From NCBI GenBank assembly GCA_001938485.1, contig MQRK01233751.1, positions 7,110 to 59,261 on the forward strand: DNA of 52,152 nucleotides, read 5' to 3'. The notes beneath the pieces are model-generated. The model ran no database searches, was not told the origin of the DNA, and was given only the letters and a program-made list of their open reading frames with translations. The stretch comes from Girardia tigrina. Its lineage: Eukaryota. This document shows, piece by piece, positions 25,277-38,187 of the stretch. A program made the position numbers and the translations under genes. How positions within the stretch are numbered: position 1 is the first letter of the stretch; the number at the start of each line of letters is the position of its first letter.

Positions 25277-27103
25277 AATATCACAACCTAGGCTTTAATG
25301 AGCTTCTTAATGACATGAATATTATGGCAGTAAAGTAATTAGCATCTAAAAACGCAGCCAACATATGCTCATTTTGATTTATATACAACGGTCAAACATC
25401 TAGGAAGTCTATATCAATCGGTTCAATTTCTTCTGTAAATCAAAAAAATTATAAAAAACTGTAATGTACCACTTACACACCTTAAGGGCTTGTTCAATGC
25501 AGTGTCCAGGTTTATCTAGAGACTGACTGGTTGTATCAAAGTCGCAATTATTTGTCGCTGCTCTTCGTGCTGGTTCCAATTTTTAGTTAATAGTAGTAGT
25601 AATTTAGTCCCTAATATACAACAATAAATAAATATACTAAATTAACCTATTCTCTTGGTTAGGTGAATTTAGTCCCTAATATATAACCGAAAACGTAAAT
25701 TATCAATATAGGTTTATTTCTTTTTTTAACATAAAAAAATTATATAAATATAAACAATTATTGCCTCGAAAGTTTGTAATATTTCAAAGACTCCATTGAA
25801 CTTTAAATAAATGTCCAAAACTTATCTTTCAAAATTAACCTGAAAGAAACAATAAAACAGAAGTAATATAATTATTGGGTAGATAGTTGACTACCCAAGG
25901 ACTCTTGGTATTCTTTGGTTTGATCTATAATTTTCTCAAAATTTTGATAAAAATAGTGAAAAATGGGCCAAAATCGATGAATTTTCGATGATTTTCGTGC
26001 AAAAAGTTGGTAAAATTTAATAAATTTAAACCACAGGTATTTAGCGTTGTAAAGTGATTTCGGTAGATATTCTTTAAAGTTGTTTTACGACTTACAGTAT
26101 TAATCGTCATTGATGTTTTCGAAGTGAGGACGGGCTTGTTTGATATCTGTGTCGGTTGGTGATACCCTATGCCGAAATACCGACATTCCATGGAATCCTT
26201 TTTCTCAATCAAAGTTTATAATATTTATTTTGATAGCAATTCTAAGTTTCAACTTGACGAATTACATGCATAGAAACCCTGTTTAGCCTAAATACAAAGT
26301 CTGTAATCTCCTGATCACAATGTTTCACAGTATTGGCATACAGGGTTGTGAGCCATAAACTCTGTATCATTTAGAATTCATAAAAAGACAATATTGATTA
26401 AAAAAAATAAAAATTGATGAAAAAAAGTGTTGGGATGGGATTTCTTTTGCAAAAGTAACCCCAGTCTCTACAAACTCCTTAATTATGATGATATCAGAAG
26501 AATTTGGATACCAATATTTTGGATACTAAATTCACGTGATTCGCTTAACAAAGCGAATGGCGTTAAACGCATGCATTAGATGTCGACGTTCCTCCCCTTC
26601 TTACATCTTATCCCTATTTACAAACACATCGGATTGAGTATATATATATAATATATAATAGAAGTAATATATATATATATATATATAATCAAATATTATT
26701 TGGTCTTTATTTCAAGTAAGTTATCATTTCCTTTCAATCATTTTTTTTCGTTAAATAAAATAATTGTCGTAAAATTACGTTCTAATCGAAGTCAAAGTGC
26801 AAAAAACGAACGTCCGAAGTGCGATTCAAGTCATATATCTTTATAGATTTGCTCCCAAAAACAAGTAGAGATAGAAAGAGAAGTGAAATCGCAATAATCG
26901 AATATTGATGTCGCGATCCGGCATCAAGATCATATGAACTTATCAGCACTCACTAACGCTCACCGCTCACACGAACAAATTGACTTATGTGTTTCGTTGG
27001 TTCTCGCTTCTTTTTCGTGTTCTTTATCTTCTCTGCATTGTGTTGCTGTCAATTATTTGTGATTATTTCATCTTTCGATGGCGCAATTTATATTGTAGAT
27101 TCG

Positions 27104-28008
27104 AAAATACATGTGTTGAAAAAGTATTTGGTGTCTTTCATTCAATGTATACAACGATATTTCAACGATTTTACCGGATTCTCCAAAGAAAATTTCCATT
27201 TTTCAAAGGTATATTGATATTTCTGAGCTAATTGTAGTTCTTTAAATTGTTTGGTCATTTCAATTGAGTACACACTTTCACCGAATTTCCATCACTGAAT
27301 TGAGGCTTCGCTTTAGTTCCTAAGTACTAAGTACCTAAATTTAAAGTTTATTTTCATGTCTTAGTCGTGTATCTAGTCATCTACTGTTGTTGCTTTGGTA
27401 TTTATTTCAAGTAAGTTATCATTGTCCTATTCTCATTCATATCTTTATTGGAAGAATTTTCAATTATACTTGACCACAATTGAAAACGAAATCTCGATTT
27501 CTATTTTTCAAAATGTTTCTATTCAATGTCAATTGTTTGATGATTTCGTTTCTCATTCACTTCTTTTTCCGACAATCTTTTCAAGATCTTTTGCTGCATT
27601 TTTCGAACTTTCTCGAACTAAATATAAATTAGGTAATAATTTAACTCAGGTTTGCACAAATATAATTTTCTTCATTTGCTAAATATGAAAATAACTAAAT
27701 TTTTCCTGAAGGACAGCAAATAATGCTGTTTAGTCTTGAAATATTTTTGATCACTAGAACACGAGACATTCACAAGAATTGTGGTAAATCGAGAATATTG
27801 AACAAGACAATGTAAAATTCAGTAAAAATAAATTATGTTATTTTATAATCATTTAATTTGTATTCTTGATTATATTTTTCATTACACGAAATACGAAAAT
27901 ATATTGGAATAGTCTCAAGAAAACTAAATTTAATCAATAAAAGTACAATATAGCAAATAATGAAATAAATATTTAATAAACAAACATAAAACCATAAAAT
28001 ATTAAATA
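27104..28008. repeat. ~905-bp direct repeat, copy 1 (copy 2 at 31042-31946)
   Basis: Apparently identical at offset 3938 (ORF track entries 27395 and 31333 are identical). Diverged relatives lie at 20055-20505 and 19585-19638. Confidence 0.95.
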
Positions 28009-28653
28009 GTTAATTTTTATTTATGAGATATTTTTGTAAATATGGTATTGCATTTTGACTTTTTCCAAATTAAGTATCAACATTTCCTGCAGAAAAGGTT
28101 TACTTATATGTTTCATGAAATTATTTAGAATAACTTAATTTTTGGATCTCTTCCCAGTCGGTTGAAAAAGACTATTTTAGAACTTTTAGAAATTGTAGTG
28201 GAGATTCTTTTAAATTTCCATTACGACTGTAGTAAGTTCATTAACCATATCTGCTGTCTTCAGGTCTTATTCACACTTTTGTATGAAAATATTTTAAAGT
28301 TTTCATTATCGATTTGATGAGTTTCAAGGTACTTGAAAAATAATTTTATAAAATATTCTGCAAATAAGATCATGGTTTATTTATTAGCAATGAGAAAACA
28401 TAGTTCCGCTTTTATAAGGTTTTAGATTATGTAGGTATTTTAATCAATTTAAAAATTCGCATTGGAGTAAATAAATCATTAAAACACAAAATCATTACTT
28501 TTACAAATAAATTTTTATAAAAACTAACATTAGAACTTGCAAAATTCGGAAGTGGGTTATAAATTTTGCGTATTAGCTACCATAACACAATTAATTCATG
28601 TTTAGGAACTTATAAAAGTTATTTGAGTTTTTAGTTATGTGGCTTCTAGTTCT

Positions 28654-28758
28654 TGCTTCCTTTCTCTGGATCTTCGCCTGGACTTCCACAATTAAATTGT
28701 TGGGATCCACCTCCAACTTGATCGTTTTTCTTGAAATGGTCCAACGAAAAACTTGGTT
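28654..28758 (-). pseudogene. Ubiquitin/ubiquitin-like N-terminal half fragment
   Basis: NQVFRWTISRKTIKLEVDPNNLIVEVQAKIQRKEA versus ubiquitin [35 protein letters not shown]. The C-terminal half is absent. Confidence 0.75.
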
Positions 28759-30029
28759 GGCCAGGCGGGACTTCGATCTGTATTTTGAGTTTAAGGAATT
28801 TGAATTTTTACCATTATATATATTATTATCATACCGAGCGCAGGAAAACCAATCAAACATTCCTCAAAAACAATTTATCAAGAAAACATCACAGTGAAAG
28901 CTGTGAGGGATGAGTCGTCCTCGAGTACTAGACCCATTATTTAAAAGGGGCAGTCTCTCAACTCTCGGTCCTTCACTCAATAGACTTAGCACCGATGGTG
29001 AGAAACCCAATTAATTAAATTAAGTGATTTATTTGTTATTCATTTCACATATGAAGCCCCAAAAATTAAAACATACATCATTTAAAAAACATTTCCAAAC
29101 AAAGCACACCTAACCCTAACCCTACAAATTTCTCCTCCAAGGCGGATATTTTGCCAACAGCAGTAAAATTCACGATTCCATATAACCCACAAACCCACGA
29201 TTTACTTTTCATAATATTTTCATTTTGTTATATGATAATTGCATTATTAAGGGATTCTGCAAAATTATTCGTTAAATGCACAAATGTATAATTCACACTT
29301 TTAAGACATCAATATTCAGAAGAAAATGAATGATAAAAATTATAGATACAACAAAAAAATTCAAAAATTTAATCTTAAAGTAAAAACGAAATAAATAAAA
29401 ATAATATAAATCGAAAAAATGAAAAAATATGTAATAATAAATATAAATTATTTCACTATAAATTGAAAAAATTAATGCGTGGCCTTTTGTGATTAGCTGG
29501 ATCTTTGACTCGTTTGTGTGTTTCAGTAATGTATTGACCGATGAGGAATTTCGGGGTAATGGTTATCATAGCAACGGTAACCATGAAGGTTAATTCTAAT
29601 ATATGAATCTTGAGCTCCAAGTAATAAAAACTTCCTTATAGTCTTTAACAATAGGCTAGAACAATATAATTGGATGTTATCATCATGCCGTAGCATATTG
29701 TTCTCGAATAGTGCGATGTTTATGTCATTTAGTTTTCTTTTTTCAATGTTTCTTCTCTTTACTTTCACAGTGAAAGTGTTCTTTTCTTCTGTTTTTCGGT
29801 CTATGGAAATTTTTACACCAAAAGAAGTTCATGTATGTATATTAGGAAAAGTATATATTAGAAATGTGTATACAGCAAGGTGCACTCAGTACAGTCTGGC
29901 AACACACAAAAATATTGACTCATACACACAAATATATTGACACATATGAACGGTGACTAGATTAAATTTGTCGTTGTGCATTAATTTCAATTCAATTATT
30001 CTGTATAATGGTTGTATAAGCAGCTTTGA

Positions 30030-30330
30030 GTTAAGCGGACATTTCACGTGTTGCTTCGGTAGGATCCGCTTCAATGTGACGACGTAGTGTTCGTTTATTG
30101 GAACGGGTAGAAGCAGCAAGGTTGTTTGTCTTCCACAGCGCTTTCCGTCTTTACGATGCGTATTGTCTGAGTGGAATTTAACATACTATCGAAAACCATG
30201 TTTTTTCAGTCATGGAATCTCGTCCGTTGCTAGCTCTAATGTTTTTAGAGTCTTCCGTTGCTAGTCGACCAAGTTTGTATTCGTGGCAAATCAAGTTTCG
30301 GATTTCTGCACGCTTTTGCGACAATTTAAC
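30030..30330 (-). mobile_element. mariner transposase N-terminal HTH relic
   Basis: RAEIRNLICHEYKLGRLATEDSKNI...SMTEKT.WF...DGKRCGR...LRRHIEADPTEATREM resembles Mos1/Hsmar1 IR....YEFKLG..A.EA..NI...D..RSGRP...IEADP..TTREL. Confidence 0.7.
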
Positions 30331-31041
30331 TTGTTCTCAATATCAATAAATTTTTAGAGAAGAGACCATACACAGTGTAAAATATATCAAAATGCTCCTA
30401 CGAATAAATAATATATAAAATCCACACAAGAATAATTTAAAAAAAAATTATTTACAGTTTTTTTAAATAACTGACAAGACTTTCGTTCCAACGCATAACA
30501 TTTTCAAAGATTATGATGGCAAAATGTGAGATGTTTCACATAATTTTTCCAAATATATATATGCAGACGTGATAAGGAAAACGGGAATTGAATTCGTTGA
30601 CCGTTAACTGTACCAATAAATGATGTCTTTCATTGATTTTTACTCGAGAAATTTCAATCAATTACTTCTCCCAGTTTAATTTAAATCCAGTTCAATGAAA
30701 TTTTAATTTACATTTTAAGTTCATTTAAAATTTTTATCAATAACGAAAAAAACTTCATGTGGATTAAGACTTACATTTTCTACTTTGATAAAGTTTTAGT
30801 ATAATTTAAATGTAATTATTTTGCATTTCGAAAAATTTGATATTAAGTATTCTAAAAAAATATCCATACTCATTTTTTCACTGAAATTTAATCATTTAAT
30901 GACGGTTTTACTTTGGCTAATTTACGTAAGACTTTATTGGAAGCAGCAAGGTTCGAGTTTATTTTCGAAAAAATGCTCTTTGGAATAAAGATATTTTGAT
31001 ATTTTGTAACTATCGCATTTCTCGATTCACTCGTGTGTTCA

Positions 31042-31946
31042 AAAATACATGTGTTGAAAAAGTATTTGGTGTCTTTCATTCAATGTATACAACGATATTT
31101 CAACGATTTTACCGGATTCTCCAAAGAAAATTTCCATTTTTCAAAGGTATATTGATATTTCTGAGCTAATTGTAGTTCTTTAAATTGTTTGGTCATTTCA
31201 ATTGAGTACACACTTTCACCGAATTTCCATCACTGAATTGAGGCTTCGCTTTAGTTCCTAAGTACTAAGTACCTAAATTTAAAGTTTATTTTCATGTCTT
31301 AGTCGTGTATCTAGTCATCTACTGTTGTTGCTTTGGTATTTATTTCAAGTAAGTTATCATTGTCCTATTCTCATTCATATCTTTATTGGAAGAATTTTCA
31401 ATTATACTTGACCACAATTGAAAACGAAATCTCGATTTCTATTTTTCAAAATGTTTCTATTCAATGTCAATTGTTTGATGATTTCGTTTCTCATTCACTT
31501 CTTTTTCCGACAATCTTTTCAAGATCTTTTGCTGCATTTTTCGAACTTTCTCGAACTAAATATAAATTAGGTAATAATTTAACTCAGGTTTGCACAAATA
31601 TAATTTTCTTCATTTGCTAAATATGAAAATAACTAAATTTTTCCTGAAGGACAGCAAATAATGCTGTTTAGTCTTGAAATATTTTTGATCACTAGAACAC
31701 GAGACATTCACAAGAATTGTGGTAAATCGAGAATATTGAACAAGACAATGTAAAATTCAGTAAAAATAAATTATGTTATTTTATAATCATTTAATTTGTA
31801 TTCTTGATTATATTTTTCATTACACGAAATACGAAAATATATTGGAATAGTCTCAAGAAAACTAAATTTAATCAATAAAAGTACAATATAGCAAATAATG
31901 AAATAAATATTTAATAAACAAACATAAAACCATAAAATATTAAATA
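31042..31946. repeat. ~905-bp direct repeat, copy 2
   Basis: Matches 27104-28008. Confidence 0.95.
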
Positions 31947-32873
31947 TTTAATTTTCATTTATTTAAACACAAATATTTCCTTAATTATCAAATTTAAAAA
32001 ATAATAAAGAAATTCCAAAATTTAACCAATAGTGGAGATTGTTTTGTAAAAAAATGACCCTTTAAAAAAATAATTTTTTAATTAATTAATTTTTTAGGGA
32101 GAATAAGAATTCGGATCCATCAAACTCAACAAGAACCATCAATTTGGTTCAGATTTCACAGTACATGGTTGTGAACCATAAACTCTGTATCACTTAGAAA
32201 TCATAAATAGACAATACAGAGTCTAATGTCAATTTTAAGATATGGGAAAAAACTGTTCAAATTCAAAATGGCTGCAAAATATCTTTTATTGAACTTCGAT
32301 AATTACCTTTAAATGGTGTCATTCGTCCATTGACCCTAGCGACAGTGATTATGCAATACTATTTGTACTTTAATTTAACAATTTAGTAGTAATTTATTTT
32401 TAGTAGTCATAAGACTCAATTTAAAATGTCTTAGCATTTTCTTTAATTTTTATTTAATCCCTGTTATAAATTTGGGGTGCCTTTTCATTCTTTTCTAGAA
32501 TGCAGGCTGACTTCATTAGCAATATATATAGGGTTGTGCATATATTGATATGAAACTTAGGAGACCATCTTTTAATAGCCTGCATTAGTTCTCTGAACCC
32601 TACATTATGTCCTGATCTGTCGCAGTCTAGCTGAATAAGTAAATCGATTATTACCACGAAATACAGACAATAGAAAGTAAGTGACAATTTTTTATTTTCA
32701 AGCGCAATAATATTTAAATGTTTGTCCTCACAAAACATTATTGAATATTATTGTCTTTTTTTGAAATAACAATAACATGTCTCCATGTTTGCTGAAGGTT
32801 TCTTGGCTTTTATAAATGTGACCAAGGTGTTATAGAATTTATATAATTAATACACAATTATAATTATTTGTCT

Positions 32874-33385
32874 TCATTCTCTTACCGGTTCTCCTTCATT
32901 CGTCTGATTTTCTCCATAGATCATCACCTCCTCAAAACTGAGGACATCATCAACGGTTGATGGTATAATTGATCATATCCCTGGAGGCGTCATCTGAAGT
33001 TATGAGAGGTCATCACATATTTGGTGGCAATGAACCAAATTAATTTATCCATTGCATTCTGGAAGCGATTGACGCTGAATTGCGCTACCTTTATGATGTT
33101 TTTCATTGCCGTTTTGCTGGCCTCAACAGCAACGTTAAGTTCGTTTTCTTTATAGAATTGTAATACAATTTCCTTGTGCGGAACACTCGTACTGTCAGGC
33201 GTGCAAAGATATTCATTACATATGCGACACAAATCGAATAAAGGGCTCTCACGTTTCGATATATCGCTCTTCGTACGTCTGGAATAATTCAGAATTAATT
33301 GGGATAAATAATCAAATAATAATCATAACTTGTGCCGCACCATTCTGCAGTTCAAATACTTTCTGAACTGTCAGGTCACACTGCA
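32874..33385 (-). pseudogene. Unknown module gene, copy D (3' half)
   Basis: STSVPHKEIVLQFYKENELNVAVEASKTAMKNIIKVAQFSVNRFQNAM. Closest to module 2 of copy C, and retains the micro-exon that copy C lost. Confidence 0.7.
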
Positions 33386-33584
33386 TTCTTTTCTAGAATG
33401 CAGGCTGACTTCTTTATTAATATATATAGGTTTGTACATATATTGCTATAAAACTTAGGAGATCATCTTTTAATGGTCTACATTAGTTCTCTGAACATAT
33501 AATATTATAAGTATAATAAATATATAAATATAATATTATAATATATATTATAAAAATAAGTAATTAATACTTTCTTTATAATAC

Positions 33585-33985
33585 TATCTTTACGAGTTTC
33601 ATTTAAAATTATTGTGTGAGCCGTGGAAATTTTTGCTTCTCCTCATTCCACTGCTTTAAGTCATTTTTCCACGAGGCCAAATTTGTAAATTTATAGCCAT
33701 ATTTTTGAAAAACTGTAAATAAAATAACTTTCGCGTAATGTAAATTAATTAACGCTTACATTTATGTCCAAACTCCTCTAGTTTGATGTGTTTTGGATTC
33801 TTATCATCCACATAATTGTCGCTATAATGCCACAACATTGCTTTTATAATGGCACCAAGTTTTCCCGAAGTGTTTTTATCTGGTTGATAACTTCTAGAAA
33901 AAAAATTATAATAATGAAAAAATACGAAGGACCCTTAAAAAACTTACTCGTATAATATTTCCCAGATTTCCTCATCTGATTCATT
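33585..33985 (-). pseudogene. DCP2: DCP2-like Box A (3 exons)
   Basis: EEIWEILYE / SYQPDKNTSGKLGAIIKAMLWHYSDNYVDDKNPKHIKLEEFGHK / FFQKYGYKFTNLASWKNDLKQWNEEKQ. An extra isolated exon 3 lies at 34395-34500. Confidence 0.75.
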
Positions 33986-36019
33986 TTATAATAAATTTAC
34001 AGTTAAATAATTCAGGTAAATTGTGATTATTTAAACAATTTTTTATTATTTTTATATATTGTTCGGGATTCAAACATTTTTAGGAGTTTTGATGTGCTCA
34101 TAAATTTTTGAATTTAAAATCTAATCAATTTAATAATGAAATAATTACATTTCGCAAAATAGATATACACGTTAAGTTATCGCAAAATTGTAAAGAAAAA
34201 ACTAATTTTATTGTTATAATTCAGTTAGAACTTTTTTTAGAACTAATCATGAATATAACATCGCGTAAATGGCCCCCATTTTCTCTTACACAAAGAGATG
34301 CTCTTTTTAGAGCACTTTCCATCACAACACGCAATGTTTCAGGTTGTAAAAATAATCACAAATTAGTTAATTAACAATCACAGATTAATAAAATCGATGG
34401 TCTCACCTCCTTACGATTTTCAATTAAAATTATTGCGTGAGCCGTGGGAAATTTTTGTTTCTCCTCATTTCACTGCATTAATTCATTTTCCCACGAGAAA
34501 TTTTTTATTTTTACGTCCTTAATGTTAACATAAAAAATTATATAAATATAAACAGTTATTGCCTCGAAAATTTGTAATATTTCGAAGACTCCATGGAACC
34601 TGAAATAAATGACCAAAACGTCTCTCTAAAAATTAACCTGAATGAACTAATAAAACACAATAAAACAGAAGTAGTATAATTATTGGGTAGATAGTTGACT
34701 ACCCAAGGACTCTTGGTATTCTTGGGTTTGATCTATAATTTTCTCCAAATTTTGATAAAAATAGTGAAAAATGGACCAAAATCGATGAATTTTCGATGAT
34801 TTCAATCAAAAATTTGGTAAAATTTTATAAATTTAAACCACAGTTACTTAACGTTTTAAAGGGATTTCGGTAGATATTCTTTAAAATTGTTTTACGACTT
34901 ACAGTATTAATCGTCATCGATGTTTTCGAAGTGAGGACGGGCTTGTTTGATATGTGTCGGTTGTTGATGTATCGTGTTATACCGAAATACCGACTTTTTA
35001 TGGAATCCTTGATATTTTCTCAATCAAAGTCTATAATATTTATTTTGATAGCAGTTCTAAGTTTCAACGTGACAAATTACATGCATAGAAACCCTGTTTA
35101 GTCTAAATAAAGTCTAATTTCCTGATCGTAATGTAAGGTACATTAAGTTAGAAAATCTTTCACAGCATTAGTGTACAGATTTGTGAGCCATAAACTCTGT
35201 ATCATTTAGAAATCATAAATAGACAATACAGAGCCTACTGACAATTTTAAGATTTGGGGAAAAGCTTTTCAAATATAATTTAGGAAACATTTTAAAAATA
35301 AATAATAGGGATTATAGGCCGACCTAGTTTCAAATTTGATATTCGCCGATATTCATTCCCCAAATATTTGAAAGGTTTGAATTAAATCAAACAACGTTGT
35401 ACTATCGGGCAAATTCGAAATAAATTTCACTTTATCCAGCTGGACTTCCATATCAATTTTATTGCAATTATATTTAAAAGTGACTGCAAAATATATTTTA
35501 TTCAAATTCGATAATAACCTTGAAATGGTGTCTGTCTAACTTTTCTTGTTATTCATTCGTCCATTGGTCCTGGCGGCAGTTATTATGTAATATTTTTTGT
35601 ACTTTAATGTAATATTTTAGTAGTCGTAAGACTCATTTTCCAATATTTGCGTCTTAGCATTTTTTAATATTTATAAATTAAAAAATATAAATTTTTTAAA
35701 CATTATAAATTTATGGTGCTTTTTCATCCTTTTCTAGAATGCAGGCCAACTTCATTAGCTTCATTATCTAGGGTTGTACATATATTGCTATAAAACTTAG
35801 GAGACCATGTTTTAATGGTCTACATAGAGCTATATTTACACTTACTTTGAGATTGGGATAACATATTGGAAATCCCAGAGCGTTTTGTTTTTTTGACAGT
35901 CTTAAGTTGAATTTGGTAATTTTTCCTTTACATAATAAATTACATATACATTACCATTATGTTTCTTAAATAAATTTAAATAAATATTTTTCATGGTATT
36001 CTTATTCTTATATTGTGTT

Positions 36020-36295
36020 CATAACTGCTCTAGTTCGATGTTTGGTACATTCGCATTATGGTCTTTGTAGTACCATAACATCGATTCTAGTATTGATGTG
36101 CTCATATATAGGATTTTGTCGCTATAATGCCAAAACATAGCTTCTATTATGGAACAAGTATTCTAGATTTGGTTTCATCTGATTGATAACGTCTAGAAAA
36201 AAATTCGAATAATGAAAAAAACACGAAGAAACCACATAAAAACTTTCTCGTATAATTTTTCCCAGATTTCCTCACTAATCTGATTCCGTTTATGA
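36020..36295 (-). pseudogene. DCP2: DCP2-like Box A fragment
   Basis: RISEEIWEKLYE / RYQSDETKSRILVP*.EAMFWHYSDKI. Homologous to the other Box A copies. Confidence 0.65.
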
Positions 36296-36484
36296 TAAAT
36301 TTTATTTGATGATAATTTTTAAATAGTCAGTTAAATTGTGATTATTTAAAATGTTTTATTATTATTTTTTATATATTGTTCGGTATTCAAATATTATCAT
36401 GATTTATAAATTGTTATGTTATTTACAGTTTTTAATTTTTAGTAATTAATTTATTAATTTAAATTTAAATAAATATTTTTTCAT

Positions 36485-36705
36485 GGTATTCTTATACCAT
36501 TTTATACAATTCCCTTCGAAAGTGTCCATTATTAAGTAATATGCGAATTTTCTTGGTACTTGATACTAAAAGACAATTCGGGATCCATTATTGTAGTAAA
36601 GTCGATGCCCAATTTTCCGACTCCTCGAATGGCGCCCTGTCGGATGCCCTCACCTTCTTCGATTTCGCCACTTGGTTGTTTACAGCCTTTCACCATAATT
36701 ACCAG
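36485..36705 (-). pseudogene. Second, more divergent Nudix-like exon
   Basis: VIMVKGCKQPSGEIEEGEGIRQGAIRGVGKLGIDFTTIMDPELSFSIKYQ is a degenerate Nudix box collinear with the DCP2-like exon. Its 3' part recurs at 23580-23670. Confidence 0.55.
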
Positions 36706-37189
36706 CGATCAATAACAAATTAATGAATTATTAAAATTAAAATATTTTTAAAATAAAGAAATATAAAAATCTCGATAAATTATGCAAAATTTAATAAAAA
36801 TAAATAAATAATTAAATAAATAAAAATAAATAAATTATCTCATGGTAAAAATTTGTCCAGGAAGAATCAGTGCATCGATTCTATTTACGCAACAAGTTCT
36901 GCCTTATTAATTTCATCCAGTTAAAAAGTCTGGAAAAATATTTAAATAATTTAAAACACAAGCGAACAATAAATATATTTGTATAATTTATCCCATATGG
37001 CCGGGGAAATCGAAGCCATTTATATTTTTATTTTAAAAGGATTGTAATTATTTAAACAAAACTTTTATTATATATATTTATATTCAAATATTATTATTAT
37101 TTATAAATTGTTCAGAGCTTTGGTCATTTCATAAAATTTTTGAATTTAAAATCACTGTGAAATACTTTCTCGATAAAGACAACATACAT

Positions 37190-37400
37190 ATTGATTTTCT
37201 GGAATTGTTCTCTTTCCTTCGATTTCTTTAAGATAGCCAACCTTCCTTTACTTATAGCCAACTGAGTTCCTCTTCCCGGCTGGAATTCATACTACCACTA
37301 ATCCAGTGTCGCTTTGGTGATCAGAGGTATTTGGTTCGCGATAATTCTTGCTAGAATATTTCCTACCAGGTTGAGTCAAAAGTTATTCATGTCTTTATAT
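37190..37400 (-). mobile_element. Non-LTR (LINE) reverse transcriptase fragment
   Basis: LNLVGNILARIIANQIPLITKATLD*W*YEFQPGRGTQLAI matches the LINE RT motif LL...GKILARI...RL....Q.GFR.GRGT..AI. Confidence 0.7.
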
Positions 37401-37679
37401 AACTTCTATTTTACACGAAATTTTATGACACTGATTATCTTGTTCCTCGAAACTGTAAACAACACAAGTCCCTATTAATCCCACTTATGATACCAATTAT
37501 TAAAAATCGGGAAATGTCTTCAATTTAATAAATAATTCCAAAGAAAGAATAAATTTATTTTATAAACTTAAACTAATATAACTATCCATGTTGTAATTGA
37601 TTTTTTATAATGTATTACTATATAATATTTAATAATGTAAGTACAACAAGTCTATCATTTTAAATGACTCGAAGCTATC

Positions 37680-38175
37680 TTTCTGGCAATTGCTTGATCC
37701 AATGGCGATATCATTCAGGTGGCTTGAAGGTCCCTTATAATTCCACAAACACCACAACATCACCTTTTCGATGTCATCTTGATAGACAATATGCTGAGAT
37801 GGCTGATCCTGCTAAAGCCATTGTTTACATCCAATAGAATTACTGAAAAAAATATAATTTTTATCTCCTCTAATAATTAGCTGCCAAAATGGCTCTCTCT
37901 GGGGTTAATGAGTACGTAGTGACAAAGATAAATTCGACGCTGGGCTTGAATAATGGTTACTCGTGGGAAACTTGGAGGGGATTTTTATTTACAAAACTCA
38001 TGTTTTATAGTTGATGAACGATGATAATTTGAAAATGGTCGATTCTCTTACAGCCTGTGGGTGCTAGTTCAGGACTGCTACTCCACCATATCACGCAACT
38101 CCTTTGTTCAGTGCTGTTGGTCGATCTGAACGTTTCTGATCTTCAACACTGCTATCTTCCGAATTTAAACGATTG
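37680..38175 (-). mobile_element. mariner transposase relic
   Basis: SEDSSVEDQKRSDRP ... IIRGDKNYIFFSNSIGCKQWL ... EKVMLWCLWNYKG corresponds to mariner LED..RSGRP, IITGDEKWI.Y.N..RK.QW and KVML.VWW..KG. Confidence 0.75.
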
Positions 38176-38187
38176 TTATGATACATA

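Noticed and set aside
27395-27682. 95-aa ORF duplicated at 31333, and similar F/I/L-rich short ORFs
   Set aside because: Composition is typical of chance or antisense frames in AT-rich DNA, with no motif.
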